Shown: piece after piece, positions 38,681-44,078 of the stretch
Position numbering within the stretch: the first letter of the stretch is position 1
Layout: every line of letters starts with the position of its first letter
DNA from: Nemertoderma westbladi
Taxonomy: Eukaryota > Animalia > Xenacoelomorpha
Reading direction: 5' to 3'
Assembly (NCBI GenBank): GCA_032718475.1
Contig: JAUCBJ010001599.1
Location: 1 to 44,078 of the forward strand
DNA length: 44,078 nucleotides
Position numbers and translations under genes: made by a program
Notes under the pieces: model-generated
Told to the model about the DNA's origin: nothing
Database searches by the model: none
What the model saw: the letters and a program-made list of their open reading frames with translations, nothing else

Positions 38681-38938
38681 GTACGCAAAAAGCCAAGTGG
38701 GGTGATGTTTCAGCCTTCTTGTAGGGTTAATGTTAAATTAATATTGAAAAATTAGGGCCTAGAAGTAAGTTTTACTGTAAACTGTGTTCCTAAATTTAGT
38801 TTATTGATTTGGTTAGAAAAGCCTACTTTAAAAGGTACATTATACTGTATGGTGAATATCGAAATTAAGTATTCGCGAAATTAAGTTAATATGTTAAAAT
38901 AGGCTGAAACGACACCCCAATTGGTAATATGCGTACAG
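38679..38938. mobile_element. Old Tc1/pogo-like MITE
   Basis: Imperfect ~35-bp TIRs CAGTACGCAAAAGCCAAGTGGGGTG..TTTCAGCCT / AGGCTGAAAC..CACCCCAATTGG..TGCGTACAG. Confidence 0.55.
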
Positions 38939-39788
38939 TACTACCAACGTCAATCAGTCATAATATGATTTCTCTACATTACAATTGTGGGGGGACCGAA
39001 CTAAAAATCATTCGTCAGAGAAGAGAGTGTGTAATCCCTGGAAAGCCGAATAAAACGTTAATGTTTTACTTTATTTTTTTTTCATAATGATTCAATGCTA
39101 CTATAGATAGAGTGGGCACTAATTACAACTTTCTTTCTAAGGAAAGTTGTATTGTGTCACCTAGCATTCCAAATTTGAAAAACTTTTAACTACCTTGGAA
39201 CATGTTTGCTCAACCTCACAACTACGTACCAACCTGAATCCAACTACAGTAACTACAAACTATTACTAAAACACGTTCGTGTGGCCTTCGCGCAGCACGA
39301 GGCTCAGATATGAGATATAGATTAATATTGAGCGATTCTACTGTATCACAAACTCGGTATCTAAGAAATTTAACCAAACACCAATAAATCAAAGAGAGAT
39401 AAAAGCCCCCCCCCCCCCCCCCCTCTTAACCTCCCTAGCGACCCAATTTGTAAGAAATATAAAACTTACCTTATGCTGATAGTGTTGATACTGAGATATT
39501 AATTTATCATGTCAACACCTCAACGAAATTATTTACCTAATTATTCTAAAGAATCATGATTAAGTACTCGGCCAATCATTTTGTAAGCTAAACACAATAA
39601 CCAAGCTGGCTTATTAGTCTGGCTCATTACAATGTTGCCTTTGAGTAGTGATGAGGTGGTTGGACTGGAGGCTAGCTGGGAAGACTAGCCTTCACAGCTA
39701 GGCTAGCAAGCATACCAAGTAATGAGGGAGCTATGGAAGTATAGCTGGGGACAGGGCATTTTAATAAGTTAATTACGTTTAGATCAAT

Positions 39789-40393
39789 TAATAACTATTT
39801 ACATACTTGTGCGTAAAGTAGCACTTTACAGTGTGATGATCCGAGTGGCTTTGTTACACTAACGAACGTTAGTGAGTGAGTGAGTGAAAATAAGGCCACG
39901 AGGATCAGAACACTCTAAAAGTACTTTGCAACAAGTATGTATGTAGTTTTATTCCAAATTTTTAACATTACGAAATGATTGTACATATATTATAAGTGAT
40001 AGAAACTGTACAAATTATATTAGTTGTTGTATAATTAAATGGAAAAATGACATAAATTATGTTATAAATAAGTTAGCTTATATTTATGGTGGCGTTTGGA
40101 GCCATGTTAACAACATAGCTACTGGTTATTAATAGCTATACCCCGCCTACCGGTAGGTAATTCAGTAGGCCTATCTGGCTGTCAGGCAAATTTCCACCTA
40201 TTGTTTACGTGGTAATCAATGACGGCGTTAAGTAATGTCCACTAAGGGGACATTACTTAACTACTAACACCAAATACAATACTAAATGTACAGGCCAATA
40301 CAATGCTGTATTGTCTTCTAAAGTTGTAAAGTGCTAAATAACAACTCGCTGTTAATACTAACGGCGTTGAGTAATGTTACAATTTTGGAATAA
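39789..40393 (-). mobile_element. ~605-bp dispersed double-hairpin repeat, copy 2 (inverted)
   Basis: Reverse complement of 34880-35500 with scattered substitutions and one indel region. Confidence 0.85.
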
Positions 40394-40489
40394 AAACACA
40401 TTTCTTAAAGCAAATCTCTTGAACTAATTAAAAACTATAATGGAATGGGGTATGGGGAATATAGCTGTATAATTGTTACACCGATTGAG

Positions 40490-40771
40490 TTAGTGGTACC
40501 TGTATGACAAGCTCGCTTACTTTCGTGGCTCGCCCCACATTCTCACCGTAAGTTCAACAGTCTTGATGTGGGGCGAGCCACGAAGTGAGTGAGCCTTAGC
40601 GTAGTGGTACCATTAATCAACCTGTGGGGCGAGCCACGAAGTGAGTGAGCCTTAGCGTAGTGGTACCATTAATCAACCTGTCGTTCTGTCGTTCTGTGGG
40701 GCGAGCCACGAAGTGAGTGAGCCTTAGCGTAGTGGTACCATTAATCAACCTGTCGTTCTGTCGTTCTGTCG
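40490..40771. repeat. Hairpin whose right arm (~57 bp) is triplicated
   Basis: GCTCGCTTACTTTCGTGGCTCGCCCCAC pairs with GTGGGGCGAGCCACGAAGTGAGTGAGC. The latter plus flank occurs three times, with (TCGTTCTG)n after the second and third copies. Confidence 0.85.
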
Positions 40772-41051
40772 CGTTTTTTTTCAGTATTTTATTTTAAACG
40801 TTAATAACTCGGCCAATCCTTGATGAAATCTATCCAAACTTGGTACACATGTTGTTTGGCAAAAGTTTGAAAATTTTCCAAGTAGAATTTGCGTGGGGCC
40901 TTCGTGCAGCATCAGTGTAACTGTTATTGCAGTTATAATAAATTTATTTATCCCAAATTTAAAATGCGTTAAATTATTATTACTGTAGGATAAATCAGCT
41001 GGTTTTCTGACAAATTTTGCAATTCTGCATGCACCATGTGTACCGGTACTG

Positions 41052-41773
41052 TTATTATTATTATTAGTCAACACTCCTTTATTACATCATATTATAACTA
41101 TTTGTTGCACGTGAAGTAAGATAAAACATAATTAGTGGAGGGAGAAAAACCACCCAGGCGTATCAGCGCTTACGGGGGTTAATAAAAAACAAAATTTAAA
41201 ATCACTAAACATTAAAATTTACATCAGCTTAAAAAAAAAAATTAAAAAGAAATACGAATAAAATGAACTGTACATACCGTAGAACCCAGAAACGTTTATT
41301 ACGAGCGACCGATTAGTGGTCGATTAAATTTGCAAATTGGTAGGAAATCGTGGTTCTTGAGCTTGGTCGCAAAACTGACAAGTGTTCTGGAATCTACTAT
41401 ATCTTCTGGCAAATCATTCCAGACTGGCACAACACGGCTGGTAAATGAGTTTTTAGATATAATTAATCTACATCTAGGTACATTTAACTTGTGAGAGTGG
41501 CCACGCAGACCCGGACGGTTAGTATAGCTAAATAGCGCACCAAAATCTAAATCAACTAAATTTCTCTCTATACTGAAAAGTAACTTTAGATCAAAAATAT
41601 ATCGTCGGACTTCCAGCGGTTGTAAATTAAGGTGTTGTATTCTATGTATGTACGGTTTGTAACTAATATTGCAACGGCTATACAATCTACGTGTAAAATA
41701 TCGCTGGACACTCTCCACAAGATCAATACTGCCTAATGAAAAAGGCGACCATACTGGTGTACAGTATTCAAAC
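41052..41773 (-). mobile_element. 5'-truncated CR1/L2-group LINE 3' end
   Basis: EYCTPVWSP..VESVQRYFTRRL..LRGHSHKL..FTSRVVPVWNDLP, followed by a 3'UTR, AATAAA and a (TAA)n tail. Confidence 0.9.
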
Positions 41774-42069
41774 TGTCAGGCTGTACTCAATCCCTGAATC
41801 GAGAATCCTGCTAGGGTGCATTTATAGTCAGATGCCGTCCGATCCGATCCGATCCGATGCATTTCGGCAATTATTGTAGCTACAACTGTCAGACTGCAGA
41901 CTGTACAAGCCTAGCTGCTTAGGCTAGGCCTACTTCTGTTTTGCCTAACACTGAACGCAGTCTGGGTATGACTATTGCTGTATTGGCCTATTGCATTAGG
42001 CTATTGTATATCAGTATATGGCATGGCAGTACTGCAGTATGCAGGTATGGCAGTACTGCAGTACACAGT

Positions 42070-42946
42070 ATGGGATCATTCGTAGCTCTGTAGCTGACTG
42101 TGGTGTTCAGAAGGAAATCGGACGCGCGTTGGACTGTTGGATGTCCTGGAATGGAGTCTACCGACCAACTTGCAGGGTGAGGCTGTCCCTCTGCAGCTCT
42201 GATCCTGGGCGGTGGAGACTGTGCTGATGGCGGCGGAAGCGGGAAGACCGGGGCATTCTGTATCCCGATACTACAGCTGGTCCATGAAACTCTACGGTAC
42301 AAACTCCGAGATGGAAAACTCGATGGGAAATCGGGAGGAAGAACTAGGCCTACGAAATTTCAGTTGAACTCATTCGATAGAGCGATAGAGGTGACCAGTT
42401 GGCCATCTCCCCGGACGGTTGCTGTGTCATGCGCGTGGCCAGAGGAGTTGGCACGGTACCCGGACGACTAAAGGAATAGTCGGATCCGGTCGTTTCGTTA
42501 CTATTCAGCTATTACGAGGCGACGGTAAAGGACGAGGTGCGAGGGCCCATGCCGGGTTGGTTGGAGCACCGGAAGCGCGACACTCGATAGATCGGGACTG
42601 ATAAAAATAGTTTTGGCTTCGGAGGAAACGGTAAGAAGTGTTTCGGGCGGCATTTTGACGACTATGGACAACCATATGGACTAGGCGACGTGATCGGTTA
42701 TCGGATCGATCTGGATGTGGGCGCAATTGGGTACCGGTACAGTAAAAACGGAAGTGATCTCGGGAAAGCTTTCGACAGTTCGAGATTCCCGCTAATTTAC
42801 GCAAACTCCCGTTATTCCTGTATTCCCGCAGTCTGTGGTCTGTCGGTATCTTTAAAGAATGCTGAAATTATGTTTATTTTCGCCGAATTTATCCGTTTAT
42901 CTGCGCATCTTCTTTCCGGGTACACCATTGTATCCCGGGCGCCGTT
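42070..42946 (+). pseudogene. DDX1: DDX1 (DEAD-box helicase with SPRY insert) 5' fragment, multiply frameshifted
   Basis: Repaired translation reads [54 protein letters not shown]...DGLLCHAR..WHGTRTTKG..YYE..DEGPCRVGWST..GTDKNSFGFGGNGKK..SKNGSDLGKAFEIP..LKNAE. It carries more than 10 indels, including a deletion in motif I. Confidence 0.93.
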
Positions 42947-43120
42947 TTGTACCTACAATGTACCAAGTTGTGTAACTTTTGTACCCATTGTACCAAGTTG
43001 TGTACCTTTTGTACTTATTATGTACCAAGTTGTGTACCTTTTACACCTACTATGTACCAAGTTGCGTACATTTTGTACCTATTATGTAACAGTTGTGTAT
43101 GGTCTTGTACCTATTTATGT
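42945..43120. repeat. Degenerate ~31-bp minisatellite directly after the DDX1 fragment
   Basis: Unit approximately TTTTGTACCTATTATGTACCAAGTTGTGTACC. Confidence 0.85.
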
Positions 43121-44078
43121 TTCCTAAAGTAAAGATGTGTAATCTGATTATTATTATGATTGCTACATAACATGGTATAGAGACTATCTTATCTTATAAC
43201 CGTTATCAACAGTGTTGTAGTCATAATTTGCAACGTTTCATTGAAATAATCACTTGAAATATTCGAATACATTCTACCCATAATAATTAATACTAATTAT
43301 TGTAAAACTATTTTTCTATGCGGAAATCCAGACTGAAAGTCTCTCTCTTGATATCTGTTGTTCCTTTGCGTCAATATAATTAGAGTGTATTTAACAAATT
43401 TATTGTATCCGTTGAAATGTATTTGTTAAACAATAATTTAGTTGTCATGATTTTTAAGTAAGATTAGGTTAATTAAATAAAGCCTTTATAAAATTATTAT
43501 TATTATCCTGGGGGAAACTTTACAGCTTTATCGAAACTCTATAGCTCCATGGTAAGTATAGCTCCACGAAACTCTATGGGGGGGGGGGGGGGGGGGGTAG
43601 TATACTCCAGGTATTAAACTAAACTGATCCTTTTCTTATATATGATGGACAGATTGTCGGATAGTCAGAAAGACCAAATTTAATATACTATCTAGTTAAG
43701 TTTTTGAATTTATTTTTTGAAATATACCAGAACATGACTAGCTATTTTATTTTTAAAAAATAATGTTCTAGAACGAATATTTTTTGAAATATTTAAAAAA
43801 TTATCAAACACTAATGTTTAGTAACTTTATTTTTTCATATCAATAAAAAGCTTGTCTTGCAAGGATTCCAAATACAACTAATTACCCAACTAATTAGTAT
43901 AAACAATTTCGTGGGAGGGTTTACGACGTACCTCCAGTTCCCCCTCCCTCCTCCAAGCCAATTACTAGCTTTACCTGTATCATGGACGTAGGGAGCATTT
44001 TTGAAAAGCGGACCATTATCATTTAAATAATTTTTTTTATATTTATTATAACTAACCGACCACAGGACTATGTTAATT

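Noticed and set aside
42083-42845. DDX1 insertions as tiny introns or programmed excision in a live gene
   Set aside because: Inserts are 5-8 nt with no GT-AG ends, and the copy also has a deletion in helicase motif I and 1-2 nt indels.

Overview
This is eukaryotic (metazoan, probably invertebrate) genomic DNA, not prokaryotic. Most of the window is the 5' part of a RAPGEF1/C3G-like gene on the minus strand. Eight phase-compatible coding exons run from a candidate ATG at 37090 down to the REM-domain exon ending at 3200; the catalytic CDC25 domain must lie left of the window. The introns hold minisatellite arrays, hAT-type and TA-flanked MITEs, a degenerate RTE LINE and tRNA-derived SINEs. Upstream of the gene lie a CR1 3' end and, at the right end, a frameshifted 5' fragment of DDX1 (DEAD-box motif I plus SPRY). 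The most unusual signal is a dense set of 8-bp micro-insertions of the form NNNNN-C(A/T)G-NNNNN, an arbitrary 5-bp direct repeat split by CAG or CTG. They cluster just upstream of the RAPGEF1 start codon and over the DDX1 5' end. Inside DDX1, removing them restores the conserved protein, so they are true insertions. I interpret them as excision footprints of an unidentified, promoter-seeking DNA transposon with a 5-bp TSD and CAG...CTG ends. No intact copy of such an element was found here, so this mechanism is inference.
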